DNA of 64,000 nucleotides, taken from NCBI GenBank assembly GCA_963807635.1, contig CAWEDJ010000075.1:68348-132347 (forward strand). Direction: 5' to 3'. The notes below the pieces were generated by a model that searched no databases, had not been told where the DNA came from, and worked only from the letters and a program-made list of their open reading frames with translations. The translations under genes and the position numbers were made by a program. Every line of letters starts with the position of its first letter. Position 1 is the stretch's first letter. Of the stretch, positions 30,673 to 42,974 are shown in pieces. The DNA is from an uncultured cyanobacterium. GTDB taxonomy: Bacteria; Cyanobacteriota; Cyanobacteriia; Cyanobacteriales; Microcystaceae.

Positions 30673-31785
30673 TTAAACTTTTTCGTCTGTTAACCAATGC
30701 CCAAATTCCGCTAAAAAGCGATCGCCAATAATTGCTTCTCGAATACGTTGGGTAAAACGAACTAATTCCGTAATATTGTGCAGAGATAACAGGATGTAAC
30801 CCAGCATTTCCCGCGATCGCACTAAGTGATTGAGATAAGCTCGACTAAAGGTTTGACAGGTATAACAGGGACAAGTTTCATCTAAAGGACGAAAATCTTC
30901 CCGAAAAGGTGCGTTTTTCAGGTTCCAACGCTCTCCCTGTACCAATGCCGTGCCATGTCGTCCAAAACGGGTGGGAATCACACAATCAAAAAGATCAATC
31001 CCCGATGCGATCGCGATCGCCATTTCTCGATAGGTTCCCACTCCCATGAGATAGCGGGGTTTATGGGCGGGCAATAGGGGCGCGGTAGCACGGACAATTT
31101 CATGCACCAATTCGGGAGCTTCTCCCACACTTACTCCCCCGATCGCATAACCAGGCAAATCTAACTGAGTCAACTCCTCAACGGCTTGAAAGCGCAAATC
31201 CAGATAGGTTCCCCCCTGTACAATGCCAAATAATGCCTGAGTTTCTTTTCTCTGATGGGCTTCAATACAGCGTTCTAACCATCGGTAGGTGCGTTCCGTT
31301 GCGGCTTGGACGTGTTCTCGACTGGCTTGGCCTGGGGGACATTCATCAAACGCCATGATCACATCGGCTCCCAGGGCATTTTGAATCTGGATCGACTTTT
31401 CGGGAGTAATCTCAATCATTCTTCCATCTTTGGGAGAACGAAAAATGACACCTTTTTCTGACAGCGATCGCAAGGCACTGAGACTAAATACCTGAAATCC
31501 GCCTGAATCAGTCAAGATTGGGCCAGACCAGCCCATAAAAGAATGCAAGCCCCCCGCTTTTTCGATGATAGATTCCCCAGGCTGCAAATGAAGATGGTAA
31601 GTATTCGCTAAGACCATCTGCGCTCCCGTTGTGGTTAATTGGGCGGGGGTGATGCCCTTAACCGTCGCCACTGTCCCCACTGGCATAAAACGCGGGGTTT
31701 CTACGATGCCGTGAGGGGTATGCCAGACTCCTGCCCTGGCGTGAGTATGGGAACATTTTGCGTGACACTGGTAAGAAAACTTCAC
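30673..31785 (-). CDS. tgt: tRNA-guanine transglycosylase
   Basis: [32 protein letters not shown] motifs. Confidence 0.97.
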   Translation of the reverse strand: MKFSYQCHAKCSHTHARAGVWHTPHGIVETPRFMPVGTVATVKGITPAQLTTTGAQMVLANTYHLHLQPGESIIEKAGGLHSFMGWSGPILTDSGGFQVFSLSALRSLSEKGVIFRSPKDGRMIEITPEKSIQIQNALGADVIMAFDECPPGQASREHVQAATERTYRWLERCIEAHQRKETQALFGIVQGGTYLDLRFQAVEELTQLDLPGYAIGGVSVGEAPELVHEIVRATAPLLPAHKPRYLMGVGTYREMAIAIASGIDLFDCVIPTRFGRHGTALVQGERWNLKNAPFREDFRPLDETCPCYTCQTFSRAYLNHLVRSREMLGYILLSLHNITELVRFTQRIREAIIGDRFLAEFGHWLTDEKV

Positions 31786-32028
31786 TCTGGGTTTGAATTT
31801 TGATAGATTACTTGCTATTGTCTCAAATTAACTGCCGAAAAACTCTTTCCTGTATTTTCCAAATCAATTCATTCTCTGGCGATCGCAAATGGTCGATTCT
31901 TCGAGATAGATTTTATACTTTTAGTGGGATTGTGTCATAAAATGAATTTACATGAATAGATAATGTATGTAATTCCTCATACAGAGTCTCTGTGTAAAGA
32001 AGCTTGAAAAAATCCTCTAAGGTATTTT

Positions 32029-32277
32029 ATGACAAGACTCAACACTCAGTTATCTTCATTCTTCGATGGAATGTCGAGAGTCCTGGATCTGGGAGCTACC
32101 CGTAGCCTGCATTCCTCAATCCGTCGAAAATATTTTTTATCCACCAAAAAATTGCATCACTCAGATCTTTTATTTTTGGATCGAGCGAATTTAGTTGACT
32201 CTTCCGCTCTTGCTTCTGATTGGAGGTCTGTGGGAAACGATCTTCAATCTGCGATTTCTCAGTATGCAAAGAATTGA
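32029..32277 (+). CDS. Small hypothetical protein upstream of DUF2335
   Basis: SFFDGMSRVLDL...ALASDWRSVGNDL pattern, recalled as typical of DUF2335 partner genes. Confidence 0.65.
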   Translation: MTRLNTQLSSFFDGMSRVLDLGATRSLHSSIRRKYFLSTKKLHHSDLLFLDRANLVDSSALASDWRSVGNDLQSAISQYAKN

Positions 32278-32315
32278 GAGATAGTCCCTTCGTTTTAATC
32301 TATTGAAATTCAAGA

Positions 32316-32873
32316 ATGTCTCAAGATATTTTTCCTCATCAAGATTCTGATACTTCAGCGATTGCTCCAGAAAATCAAGTAAATTCCGAGGAAAGACAAT
32401 CATCGATATTGTCTAATAGTAACCCACCTGAAGAAAGCCAATTGCTGTTAGATGAGAAGAAAATAGAACGCATTGTTGTTTCAATAGCAGAGAGACGTTT
32501 AGATTATTTGGAGCATTCTTGCCCGCTTCCTCATCCAGAAATATTAGACGGATATGAGAAAGTTTTGCCTGGCAGTGCCGATAGAATTTTAAAAATGGCA
32601 GAAAAACAGCAAGATCATAGAACTTCTATCGAAAATAAACTGGTTAATGCAGAAAATCAGAGCCGTTTACTTGGTTTAGGAGCTGGCTTTTTAATTGCGA
32701 TGTTTGGTTTAGCTGGTTCAGTTTATTTAGGTAGTAATGGCAAAACCTGGGCTTCTGGAATCCTTTCTGGTGGCACTTTGGCAGGACTAGTAACGGTTTT
32801 TGTTAAAGGAAGTAATAACAATAATCAAGAAAAAGAGAAAATAGTTCCGAACCAAAATGATGTTGAATCTTAG
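32316..32873 (+). CDS. DUF2335 membrane protein
   Basis: PLPHPEILDGYEKVLPGSADRILKMAEKQQDHR plus two C-terminal TMs. Confidence 0.85.
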   Translation: MSQDIFPHQDSDTSAIAPENQVNSEERQSSILSNSNPPEESQLLLDEKKIERIVVSIAERRLDYLEHSCPLPHPEILDGYEKVLPGSADRILKMAEKQQDHRTSIENKLVNAENQSRLLGLGAGFLIAMFGLAGSVYLGSNGKTWASGILSGGTLAGLVTVFVKGSNNNNQEKEKIVPNQNDVES

Positions 32874-32881
32874 TCTTTCAT

Positions 32882-33832
32882 TTACGGTGCTTCAATGCCA
32901 CTAACCTGCAAAAGTTCTGCTACTGTGGAGCAATGAGCAGATAAACCCAGAGTTTTAGGACTAGTCGGTTGGGGATAGGTAAAATGTCGATAATCAACAC
33001 AAAATCGATCCCAGTCTGCCATTTGAATCCGAAAAATTTTGATGAAAAAATTCGCTAAGGCGATCGAGAGGGGAATACCAAAGTAGATTTTTTTATTGAG
33101 ATAACCCGCGATTTCGGCGATCGCCTGATTAACAGTTAAAGGCGCATTCCCTAAAACAATCTCTCGACTATCACCGTCAACGGGAGGATGATCAACCAAA
33201 TAACCGACGACCTGGGCAATATCTTGAGCATGGATAAAGTGAAAACCGCCATCGGCCTTGAACCAACGGATAAGATTAATCCACTTTAAAATATCTTTCA
33301 ATCCCCCCGACAAATGGGAGTAGGGTTTATTTTTGTCTCCCCCAAATACCAAAGTCGGATAGACCGTTGTAATCTTAGACGCGATCGCCAAATCGGGTAG
33401 AGCCTGATGACAAAGATATTTCGTGCGGATATAGTCCGTGCCGATGGTTCCCGCTTCCTTCATCGCATTTCCTTGACGGTCTAGAATACTGGCGGTCGAG
33501 AAATAAATCACCTGTTGACACACCTCTGGATCTAATCGCTCCATCAGGCCCAAGGTTTTAACCACATTGATCTCGTAGGTTTCCGTGGGATCTCCCCAAC
33601 TGGTTGCAATCAAAACCGCCGTATCAATGGTTTTTAATAAATCGCCATATTTTTCAATTTCTCGCAAATCCCCCGTTAGCAAATGAACATTCGGACGAGA
33701 TTCGACATTAAATTGTAATTTTGCAGGATTTCTGACTAATAAAAAAAGTTCATGCTCTGTCTTTTCAATTAATGTTTCCGCCACATAATGACCAATACAA
33801 CCACTCACACCCGTTAAAAAAATTCGCTTCAT
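32882..33832 (-). CDS. NAD-dependent epimerase/dehydratase
   Basis: TGVSGCIG Rossmann motif; YIRTK (YxxxK). Confidence 0.88.
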   Translation of the reverse strand: MKRIFLTGVSGCIGHYVAETLIEKTEHELFLLVRNPAKLQFNVESRPNVHLLTGDLREIEKYGDLLKTIDTAVLIATSWGDPTETYEINVVKTLGLMERLDPEVCQQVIYFSTASILDRQGNAMKEAGTIGTDYIRTKYLCHQALPDLAIASKITTVYPTLVFGGDKNKPYSHLSGGLKDILKWINLIRWFKADGGFHFIHAQDIAQVVGYLVDHPPVDGDSREIVLGNAPLTVNQAIAEIAGYLNKKIYFGIPLSIALANFFIKIFRIQMADWDRFCVDYRHFTYPQPTSPKTLGLSAHCSTVAELLQVSGIEAP

Positions 33833-33848
33833 AGATAAATTCAAAAAG

Positions 33849-34637
33849 TTAAGCTCCCATCCCTGAATAATATCTTAACCCTTTGTGCCATAGCCAACGA
33901 TTGACACAGAAAAAGAAAATCATCCATCCTCCGATAATACAAAAACTTTTCGTCAGATCTATCGGTAAACCCACAAAAATCGCCGCAGGAAAATAAACTC
34001 CATAGGGAAACGGTGTCCAAAGGGCAATCTCCTTAATCATCGGCGGAAAGGTGTCCAGGGGCGCAATCATCCCTGATAAAAAGATATAAAACAAAAACCA
34101 TAATTCCTGAATCGCGCTGGCCCGTTCCGTCCAAAAGGCAAACATGGAAAAAGTATATTGAACCAGAAAATACAAACTAAAGGAGAGAATAATCGCTAAA
34201 ATCCCTAAACAAAAAGTTGCCAAACTCGGTATCCAAAAGGCACGGGGATAGAGGGCAAAAAATAAGAAAGTTAATAAAATGGCGAGGGGAAATCGGGTGA
34301 TTTTTTCGGAAATATGACGGGCAACATGGTGCCAAGCAGGATCGAGGGGTTGCAATAATTTAAAGGATAATTTTCCTTCAATTACTTCCCGTTCAAATTC
34401 CCAAATGACCCAAATATTAGTAAATTGTCTTACTTGAAAAACGGCAAAAAAGTAACGGGTAAATTGTAGGGAATCTAGGCTAAAGTTTCCGCTATTCGAG
34501 GCTTCTATCCAAACGCCCATTAAAATGATCGGTAAAGATCCTGATAGAACCCAAAAGAAAATCTCTGCTCGATATTCAACCATGTGAGCGTAATAAACCG
34601 AGAGCAGGGTTGTAATTTTTTTCAATAACCACTTCAT
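33849..34637 (-). CDS. ABC-2 type transporter permease
   Basis: EYRAEIFFW, EGKLSFKLLQP, LSGMIAPL, WTPFP motifs; multiple TMs. Confidence 0.88.
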   Translation of the reverse strand: MKWLLKKITTLLSVYYAHMVEYRAEIFFWVLSGSLPIILMGVWIEASNSGNFSLDSLQFTRYFFAVFQVRQFTNIWVIWEFEREVIEGKLSFKLLQPLDPAWHHVARHISEKITRFPLAILLTFLFFALYPRAFWIPSLATFCLGILAIILSFSLYFLVQYTFSMFAFWTERASAIQELWFLFYIFLSGMIAPLDTFPPMIKEIALWTPFPYGVYFPAAIFVGLPIDLTKSFCIIGGWMIFFFCVNRWLWHKGLRYYSGMGA

Positions 34638-34657
34638 AAATTGTGTGTAAATCTTGA

Positions 34658-35281
34658 TTATAAATGATGAAAAATAAGAGAAAGATTATTAGCGGGCATG
34701 GGAATGATTTTATGCAAATTTAATTGATATTTTTCAGCCAATTCTACTACGTCTTCTAAGTTTCTTACTCCCCAGTCGGGATTTCTGAATTGCAATGATT
34801 GATCAAAGGCTTCATTGCTGGGAGCAGTATGTTTTCCTTCTCGTTTATAGGGGCCATAGAGATATAAAATTCCCCCTGAGTGCAAAATTTTTCCCACACC
34901 TTTCATTAATCCTTGGCAAGCTGACCAGGGTGAGATGTGAATCAGATTAATTGCAATAATTACCGCGATCGCCGAATGATCTATTTTTTCATCCCAATCA
35001 GACAAAGTAACATTAATATCTAAAGGAATTTGTAGATTATCACTCTTACAATCCTGTCGCCAAGCCTCAATACTCAACCGTAACAAGGGATCGGGATCAG
35101 AGGGAATCCATTGCCGATTGGGAAAATAAGGCGCAAAAAAACAAGCGTGTTCCCCCGTACCACTAGCAATCTCTAAAATATTTCCTTCTTTGGGAATGAC
35201 TTTCTGTAAGACTTCCAGTATTGGTTGACGATTTCGTTCCGTTGCAGGGGCGTATTGCTTGCTGGTTCTGGGGTTATTCAT
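34658..35281 (-). CDS. DUF938 SAM-dependent methyltransferase
   Basis: APATERNRQPI, LEIASGTGEH, YGPY, MPANN motifs. Confidence 0.9.
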   Translation of the reverse strand: MNNPRTSKQYAPATERNRQPILEVLQKVIPKEGNILEIASGTGEHACFFAPYFPNRQWIPSDPDPLLRLSIEAWRQDCKSDNLQIPLDINVTLSDWDEKIDHSAIAVIIAINLIHISPWSACQGLMKGVGKILHSGGILYLYGPYKREGKHTAPSNEAFDQSLQFRNPDWGVRNLEDVVELAEKYQLNLHKIIPMPANNLSLIFHHL

Positions 35282-35491
35282 GCTGATTGACGAATTTTCC
35301 TGATCTTAACCCAAGGGACAAGCTTAATTGGAGGGAATTTTTTATCGTGTTTTTCTGGAGACTGACCTAACTCTCTAACCATAATTTTTTTTGTTAATGT
35401 AAAAAAGTCTTTCTAACTTCAAGTTGTAAACTGACGTTACTGCAAGTAGCAATGTCCTCTCTACCTCAATTTTCCCTTCAAAATTATTCCT

Positions 35492-36916
35492 ATGAATAGC
35501 AAAATTGTCGGTTCTGTCCGATCGCAATTGGGATTTTTTGGCATCTTGGGTCTGCTTTTGACGGGTTGCCAGGGTCTGGGAGATGAAAATGCGAAGGCTC
35601 AACCCCAGCCTGGTTCTGAAAAATCCCGAAACCGTCCTATTTCCGTTGAAGCGGCGATCGCCCGTCCCCAAAAGTTCCTCACCGATCTGGAATATACAGG
35701 AACAACAGCCCCCATTCGAGAGGTTTCCCTGCGATCGCAAGTTGAGGGACAACTGCAAGAACTGAAAGTAGATGTGGGTGATGCGGTGCAAACAGGACAA
35801 ATTTTAGCTCGTATCAATGATGATTTACTTGTAGGGGCAGTGAACCAGGCCAAAGCAGAAAAAACGGCCCAGCGATTGGGAGTGCTGACCGCCAAGAGTC
35901 AGGTGGGGGATGCTCTGACGAAAGTGGAACAAGCTCGACTGCAACTCCAACAAGCTGAGGCAGATATTCTGAGATTGCAAACTGCCCTCAATGCCCGAAC
36001 CGAGCAAGCCCGTCTAGAGGTTCAGCAAACCAAAGCCGATGCCCTGAGATTAAAACAATTGGCCGAGCAAGGCGTGACTCCTGAACAGCAGGCTGAACAG
36101 GCCCAGACTCGGTTTCAACAGGCTCAGGAAATTTTACGCAACCAAAAGTCTAGTGCCGAACAACAACTCAGTCAGGCCAAGACAACAGCCAAAACCGCCG
36201 CGAAAATTCTCCGTTCCGCCGAAGCCCAAGTGGAAATTGAACAACAAAAAGTGTCTGCCGCCGAAGCCCAGGTGACTGCCCAAAAGGCCTTTATCAATCA
36301 AGCGAAAACTCGCCAATCCTACGCCGTAGTGCGATCGCCCTTTGCAGGAAAAGTGTTGCAAAAATCCAGTGAACCAGGCAACCTAGTCCAACCAGGGACA
36401 GAAATCCTCAAATTAGGAGACTTTAGCCGTCTCAAAATTAATGTTCAAGTTTCAGAACTGCAACTCAGTCGCCTTAAATTACAACAAACCGTTCCCATTA
36501 CACTTGATGCCTTTTCTGATCAGGAATTCACAGGCATTATCACCCGCATTTCTCCCGCCGCCGATCCCAGTTCTCGCCTCGTTCCCATCGAAATCACCCT
36601 CCCTAATCCAGGCGCGAAAATCGGCAGTGGACTCCTCGCTAGGGTTAATTTTTCTCAAAATAGGGCGAATAATATTGTTGTGCCTGAATCTGCTCTGGGC
36701 AAAGATTCCTCGGTGTTTATTGTGAAAAAATCGGGAGAAAAAACAACCGTAGAGGCTCGTCCCGTCAGCATCGGCAAAAAAGCTAACGGAAAGGTAGAAA
36801 TTCTCTCTGGATTATCCCAGGGCGAAAGCTATGTCGTTCGTAGCAGTCAATCTTTGCAAGATAATAGTCCCGTCAATCTCAGCGTTCTCTCGGAAACCGA
36901 AAAAACTATCCAATAA
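35492..36916 (+). CDS. RND efflux periplasmic adaptor (MFP), lipoprotein
   Basis: Lipobox LTGC; lipoyl halves flanking a long helical hairpin; GLSQGE. Confidence 0.9.
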   Translation: MNSKIVGSVRSQLGFFGILGLLLTGCQGLGDENAKAQPQPGSEKSRNRPISVEAAIARPQKFLTDLEYTGTTAPIREVSLRSQVEGQLQELKVDVGDAVQTGQILARINDDLLVGAVNQAKAEKTAQRLGVLTAKSQVGDALTKVEQARLQLQQAEADILRLQTALNARTEQARLEVQQTKADALRLKQLAEQGVTPEQQAEQAQTRFQQAQEILRNQKSSAEQQLSQAKTTAKTAAKILRSAEAQVEIEQQKVSAAEAQVTAQKAFINQAKTRQSYAVVRSPFAGKVLQKSSEPGNLVQPGTEILKLGDFSRLKINVQVSELQLSRLKLQQTVPITLDAFSDQEFTGIITRISPAADPSSRLVPIEITLPNPGAKIGSGLLARVNFSQNRANNIVVPESALGKDSSVFIVKKSGEKTTVEARPVSIGKKANGKVEILSGLSQGESYVVRSSQSLQDNSPVNLSVLSETEKTIQ

Positions 36917-36920
36917 GATT

Positions 36921-39900
36921 ATGTCTAGCCCCAATTCCTCCTCTGTGTTTAGTTTTAGTGGTGTGGCCATTCGTCGGCACATCGCCACCTTGATGCTCAC
37001 CCTGGCGATTATTGTGGTGGGGGTTTTCTTCGTGTTTAGTTTGCCCGTTGATTTGCTTCCTTCGATTACCTATCCCCGCATCGGTGTTAGAATTGACGCG
37101 CCAGGGATTGCTCCAGAAGTGGCAGTGGATGAAATTACCCAACCCCTAGAAGAGGCTTTATCGGCGACCGATGGCGTGGTTCAGGTTTATTCCCAGACGA
37201 GGGAAGGACAAATTAGCCTAGACCTCTTTTTTCGACCTGGGGGAGATATTGATCAGGCTCTTAATGATGCAACGGCAACCTTTAATCGAGCAAGAAATCA
37301 ACTGCCCGATACCATTGAAACGCCCCGTATCTTTAAGTTTGATCCTTCCCAATTACCCGTTTATGAGTTTGCCCTAACCTCTCCTTCCTTGTCTGGTTTG
37401 AATTTACGTTTGTTTGCTGAAGAAGAATTGGCGAGGGAATTAGGGGTCGTGCCAGGCGTGGCGGCGGTGAATGTTTCAGGAGCGGCAGAGGAAGAAATAC
37501 GCATTAATGTTGACCTAAAACGCTTACAGGCCCTAGATATTGGCTTGATCGATCTGTTAGATGGGTTGCGATCGCGGAATTTAGATATTGCGGGGGGAAG
37601 AATCATTGGCACGACTAGCGAACCCCTGACTCGTACCGTTGGCCGATTTCAAACGATTCGTGAAATTGAAGATTTACCCATCAGCAAATCCAATGCAAAT
37701 GCTGAAAACCCTGCCCCCCAGATTTATTTACGGGATGTGGCGGAAGTCATCGATGGCACCGAAGATCAGCGAGTTTTTGTCACCTTGAATGGGGAAAATG
37801 CCGTTAAGGTCAGCATTCAAAAGCAACCTGATGCCAACACCATTGAAGTGGTCGATGGGGTTAAAAAACGTCTTGAACAGTTGCGCCAAGCCCGTAGTAT
37901 TCCCCAAGACGCTATTTTAACGGCGACCCTAGATGACTCGGTCTTTATTCGTAATTCCATTAGTAATGTAGTTTTTTCGGGACTGGTCGGCACTTTATTG
38001 GCCGCGATCGCCGTTTTACTCTTTTTAGGTTCTCTGCGTCAAACCCTGATTATTGTTCTGTCTATCCCCCTGGCGACCCTGACCGCGATTATTTTGATGA
38101 AACTATTTGGATTATCCCTCAATGTTTTCAGTTTAGGCGGCTTGGCCCTGGGGGTAGGGATTGTCGTGGATAACTCGATCGTTATGTTAGAAACCATTGC
38201 AGAGGCGGCGGGCATGACCCCTGGCCACCCACAAAAAGTTCCCCTCAGTAAAAGAGAATTGCGTAATCAGGCGATCGCCAGTAGTCAGGAAGTAGAATCA
38301 GCCCTCATTGTGTCTACCAGTACCAATTTAGTAGCAGTGTTACCCTTTTTGATGATTGGCGGATTTATTTCCCTCATTTTCAATGAACTGATCCTGACCA
38401 TTAGTTTTGCCGTCGCCGCATCTATTCTCGTCGCTCTTAGCGTGGTTCCCATGTTGGCTTCCCGTTGGTTGAGTCTGCCCCAACAGAGCGGTATTGGGCG
38501 TTGGTCTTTTTTTCGAGGATTTAATCATTATTTTGAACAAACGATCCAGCGTTATCAGGCTTTTCTGAGTCAATTACTCAAACATAAAATCATTGTCATT
38601 GTCGCCACATTTTTAGTTTTAGGAGGCAGTAGCCTGTGGATGGTCGATAAAATTCCCCAGGAAATCTTACCCCGCATTAATACAGGACAAGCCGTTTTAT
38701 TTGCCCAATTTCCCCCAGGAACTCCCCTCGAACAGAATCAACGTTTGATGAAAATGGTTGATGACATTTTAATTAATCAACCCGAAACCGAATACACTTT
38801 TACCACCACAGGCGGGTTTCTGTTTGGCGGGAATACAAATGCCAATCCCCTGAGAAGTTCTAGCACCATTACCCTCAAGCCCAATACCAATGTAGATTCC
38901 TTCACCGAAAGAGTCACTCAACAATTAGATAAACTCAATCTGGTGGATATTCGGTTACGTCTAGTGCCTGGGAGCGTGCGGGGATTGATTCTCAATAATT
39001 CTCCTCTCCGTAATGCCGATATCGACCTGATGTTAGAGGGCAATAATCCCGCTACCCTCGCCCAAGCAGGTAAGCAAGTATTGGAAGTTTTGAGAGAAAA
39101 AGTCCAACTGTCCCGTTTTCGTCCCGATGCCAATCCCAGACAGCCCGAAGTGCAAATTCATCCCAATTGGGAAAGAGTTGCTCAGGTTGGACTCACTGCC
39201 CAAGAAATCGGAGATACCATTCAAACGGCCCTAGAAGGATCTATTCCTACTCAACTCCAACGAAAGAATCGCTTAGTTGATATCCGAGTCAAGCTCAATG
39301 ACAATCTGCTCCAAGACTCTTCTCAACTGCAACAATTACCCCTATTTGTGAGTAATAATCAGCAAATTCGCCTTAGTGATGTGGCCCAAATTATTGAAGG
39401 CGAGGCTCCCAGCGAAATCCAACGGATTAATCAACGTCCTGTCTTTTTGATCGCAGGCAGTTTAGCGGAAGGTAGTCGTTTGGGCCAAGCTCTGGAAGAA
39501 GTCAAAACGGTGATGGCGGACATTCCCCTACCCGATGGGGTGACTATCTTACCCAGTACGGCTTCGGAGAGTAATCGTCAATTACAGCAATCTTTATTGA
39601 TTCTGGGGAGTTTGGCGGCCTTTTTGGTCTTTGTTGTGATGGCAGTTCAATATAATTCCCTGCTCGATCCCCTGGTGATTATGTTTACCCTTCCCTTAGC
39701 TCTGGCGGGGGGAATTTTGGGATTATATGTCACTCAAACGGCGATCGGGGCGACGGTGATTGTCGGGACAGTGTTATTAGTCGGAATTGTGGTGAATAAT
39801 GCCATTATTATGGTGGAATTGGCGAATCAAATTTGGGAGAGGGAAGGTATTACTCGTCAAGCGGCTATTTTAAGGGCGGCTCCCCAACGTCTGCGACCGA

Positions 39901-40174
39901 TTTTAATGACGACGATTACGACGGTTTTAGGGATGTTTCCCCTTGCGTTGGGGATTGGCCAGGGTCTGAGTTATTGCAACCATTGGGAATCGTGGTTTTT
40001 TCTGGGTTATCTTTGGCAACGTTGTTAACGCTTTTTTTGATTCCCTGTCTTTATGTTTTGTTGCATGACTTTCAGGGGATCAATTTAGCTAAATTCAGAG
40101 GGAAAAAGGTCGAGAAGAAACCCCTTCTTTCCGAGTCAGATGCTCTTTATCAACGCGATCGCATTCATCGCTAA
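36921..40174 (+). CDS. RND efflux permease, AcrB family (frameshift near 39965)
   Basis: [33 protein letters not shown]; last TM in ORF 39833..40174. Confidence 0.92.
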
Positions 40175-40326
40175 TAACCGTTAGGAATTAATCTAATAGT
40201 ATGAAAATCACTTGATTGAGTCTAGGCGATGCGATCGCTTACAATCTTGAAAGTGCTAAAATTTAAATCAAATAGTTTGTGCGTGCCAAAAAAGTAATGC
40301 TTATGTAAAATAATACAAAAAGAGAA

Positions 40327-41052
40327 CTACGAAGGAACAAACTTTGCTAATCCTAAATAACGAATTCCTTCAGGACTGACTGCAAAACGACAGGGTAAGA
40401 CCATTAAACCTTTTTTAACGCCTGCTGTTAATAACTTGCCGTAGGTCGGATCAAATTCATTTCCAGCATTAAATTCGCTACAATCGTCCCGATTAATGAA
40501 ATAAAGCATCACTGATTTAGCATCAGGCAAAAGATCGGTTAATTCCTGCAAATGTTTTTGTCCTCTCGTTGTTACCGTATCGGGAAATAGGGCTAAATTT
40601 CCCTGGGAAAGGGTCGTATTTTTAACTTCTAGATAAATCGGCGGATGCTCAGTAGAAGTCAAAAGAAAATCAACGCGACTTTTTTTATCTTTACCGTAGG
40701 GAACTTCTGATTTAACTTCTTCATATAAATCGGCTAATTCAGGAAAGATTTTTTGAGTTAAAGCTGACTTAATCACTTGATTCGGTAATGCGGTATTCAC
40801 TCCAACCCAAGTATTATCAATTTGAATCATTTCCCAGGTATAGACTAATTTTCGTTTAGGATTATTACTCTGAGAAAGATATACAGGATTGCCAATTTGA
40901 CAAACCCCTGTCATCGGGCCAGTATTGGGACAATGGGCGACCACAATTTCTCCCGATGCTAATTCAATATCTGCAAAAAAACGTTTGTAGCGTTTCCGTA
41001 AAATTCCTGAAATAAGGGTCGGGTAGGGATAGAAAAAATCAGGAGTCATCAC
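40327..41052 (-). CDS. sfsA: DNA/RNA nuclease SfsA
   Basis: RYKRFFAD, HCPNTG, YLEVK, FPDTVTTRGQKHL motifs. Confidence 0.95.
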   Translation of the reverse strand: MMTPDFFYPYPTLISGILRKRYKRFFADIELASGEIVVAHCPNTGPMTGVCQIGNPVYLSQSNNPKRKLVYTWEMIQIDNTWVGVNTALPNQVIKSALTQKIFPELADLYEEVKSEVPYGKDKKSRVDFLLTSTEHPPIYLEVKNTTLSQGNLALFPDTVTTRGQKHLQELTDLLPDAKSVMLYFINRDDCSEFNAGNEFDPTYGKLLTAGVKKGLMVLPCRFAVSPEGIRYLGLAKFVPS

Positions 41053-41065
41053 AGATAAAATTGAT

Positions 41066-41665
41066 TTAAATTAAAGAACTAAAAGTCGGATTGACTTGTT
41101 GTTGAGATTGGTTTTCATCAAGCTGATCAAGTTGATTTTGCGTCGCCCAATGGCGATAATCTTGTAATAAATGTCCCAATAATCGTTGCTTAATACGAGA
41201 CAAGACTCCTTTGAGAATACTATTTCCTGCTACTTCTAAAAAGTGTGCGGGAGTTAGGGATAGGGCTGGTGGTAAATCCACACTAACTTTTAAATCCGCT
41301 TTACCCTGTAAATAGATTTTTCCATCTTGCTCGTAGGGAGATAATCTTCCTTTTAGTTGGAGAGAAAAACGATGATTAATGTAATCAATGCCTCGAATTT
41401 CACAGCTTTCTGATTCTAAATAAACGGTTCCTGTGGAAGTTGCCCAAACTTTTAATACAACAGTCGGTTGAAAGTGATAAATATCTAAAAAGTTAAGCGA
41501 TCGCATTTTTAGGCGAAATCTGTTTTCTGATAAAACTTCCATCAGTTGAGGATCGGCGATCGCACTGACTAGACGTTGGGGTTGGCGTAGATAGTGCTGG
41601 ATCGGGGCGGTGGGTTCGTCAACCGTGATGGCCAAGGATTCGTTCGCAGTGAAGGATACATTCAT
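41066..41665 (-). CDS. DUF1997 protein
   Basis: HYLRQPQRLV...FRLKMR...GKADLKVSVDLP. Confidence 0.82.
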   Translation of the reverse strand: MNVSFTANESLAITVDEPTAPIQHYLRQPQRLVSAIADPQLMEVLSENRFRLKMRSLNFLDIYHFQPTVVLKVWATSTGTVYLESESCEIRGIDYINHRFSLQLKGRLSPYEQDGKIYLQGKADLKVSVDLPPALSLTPAHFLEVAGNSILKGVLSRIKQRLLGHLLQDYRHWATQNQLDQLDENQSQQQVNPTFSSLI

Positions 41666-41880
41666 AAATTAGTCAAGACCAAAATACTATTCTTTTAATA
41701 TTACTTTACATTTCTTAAAACTTATTGTAGTAATTATAACCCTTTACGGTTGTTGACCATCCAATTTTAGGAAAGGAGAGCCAAAAATCTGAGAATCCCT
41801 TAATTTTTCTTAAAGAAACTTTTGAGAACCCTCTTTTGGTTTAATAGGATTAATAGAGCTTGAAAAATGACGGAATAATT

Positions 41881-42725
41881 ATGCCGCTTGACCTTGCCCA
41901 TCTTGACCAAAGGGAACGAATGCAGAAACCGCCGCGATCGCCTATGCTGATTGGTTGCAAAAAAATCATGGCGAAACGGTCAGACTGCTCCCCTATCCTA
42001 GTATTGCTCAGACCCTCTATGCGGCATCGGATCGGGCGGTGGATTTGGCGATTGTGCCTGTGGAAAATTCGACGGAAGGCGGCATTGCGATTACCCTCGA
42101 TACGCTATGGGAGCGGGGAAATCTACAAATTCAGCAGGAACTGGTCTTACCGATTATCCACGTCCTGTTATCGCGGGGAATTGCCCTAGAAGGGATTAAA
42201 ACGGTTTATTCCCATCCCCAGGCTCTTGGTCAATGTCAAAAGTGGTTAGAGCGACATTTGCCCCAGGCGCGTTTGTCTGCCACGAATGCTACAACGGAGG
42301 CGATCCAATTTATTCAACAAGATCCAACTGCGGCGGCGATCGCGTCTCCCCGTGCGGCTCAATTGTATGATTTACCGACTTTAGCGACGGATATTAATGA
42401 TTATCCTGATAATTGCACTCGATTTTGGGTTTTAGGGACTGAACCCTCTTTACAGGGAACTCACACGGCTTTAGCGTTTAGTGTGCCAGCCAATGTGCCA
42501 GGGGCTTTGGTGAAACCGTTACAGGTTGTGGCAGAACGCAATATTAATCTCAGTCGTATTGAATCTCGTCCGACAAAGCGATCGTTGGGGGAATATCTTT
42601 TCTTTATGGATTTGGAAAGTAGTCAGACTGACCCAAGGTTGCAAGATGCGTTGACAGAGTTAGGGAATTATACGGAAGTTTTAAAGGTTTTTGGGAGTTA
42701 TTTTATTTTATCTTTGCAAAAGTAA
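41881..42725 (+). CDS. pheA: Prephenate dehydratase (frameshift near 41905)
   Basis: VPVENSTEG, SHPQALGQC, NCTRF, SRIESRP motifs; ATG at 41881. Confidence 0.92.
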
Positions 42726-42974
42726 GATCTGAGTTATTTTTATCCGTAAACAAGCTAAATGATAATTTTGTCTCAAGATTAAAAAAAATATCATTTAATC
42801 AAAATCGCGCTTTTTTGTGCTGAGGGTTTGGGGAAGAATTTAAAATTGTTAATTGAATATCGTAAATTGCTGACAATGAGACAGTTAGGGGATTTTCAAG
42901 GAGAGGTTTTTCCTTTGAGGGGATTGTTTTATAAGCTATACTGCTAAAATCAAACAAAATTGGAGGTTTTAGCG

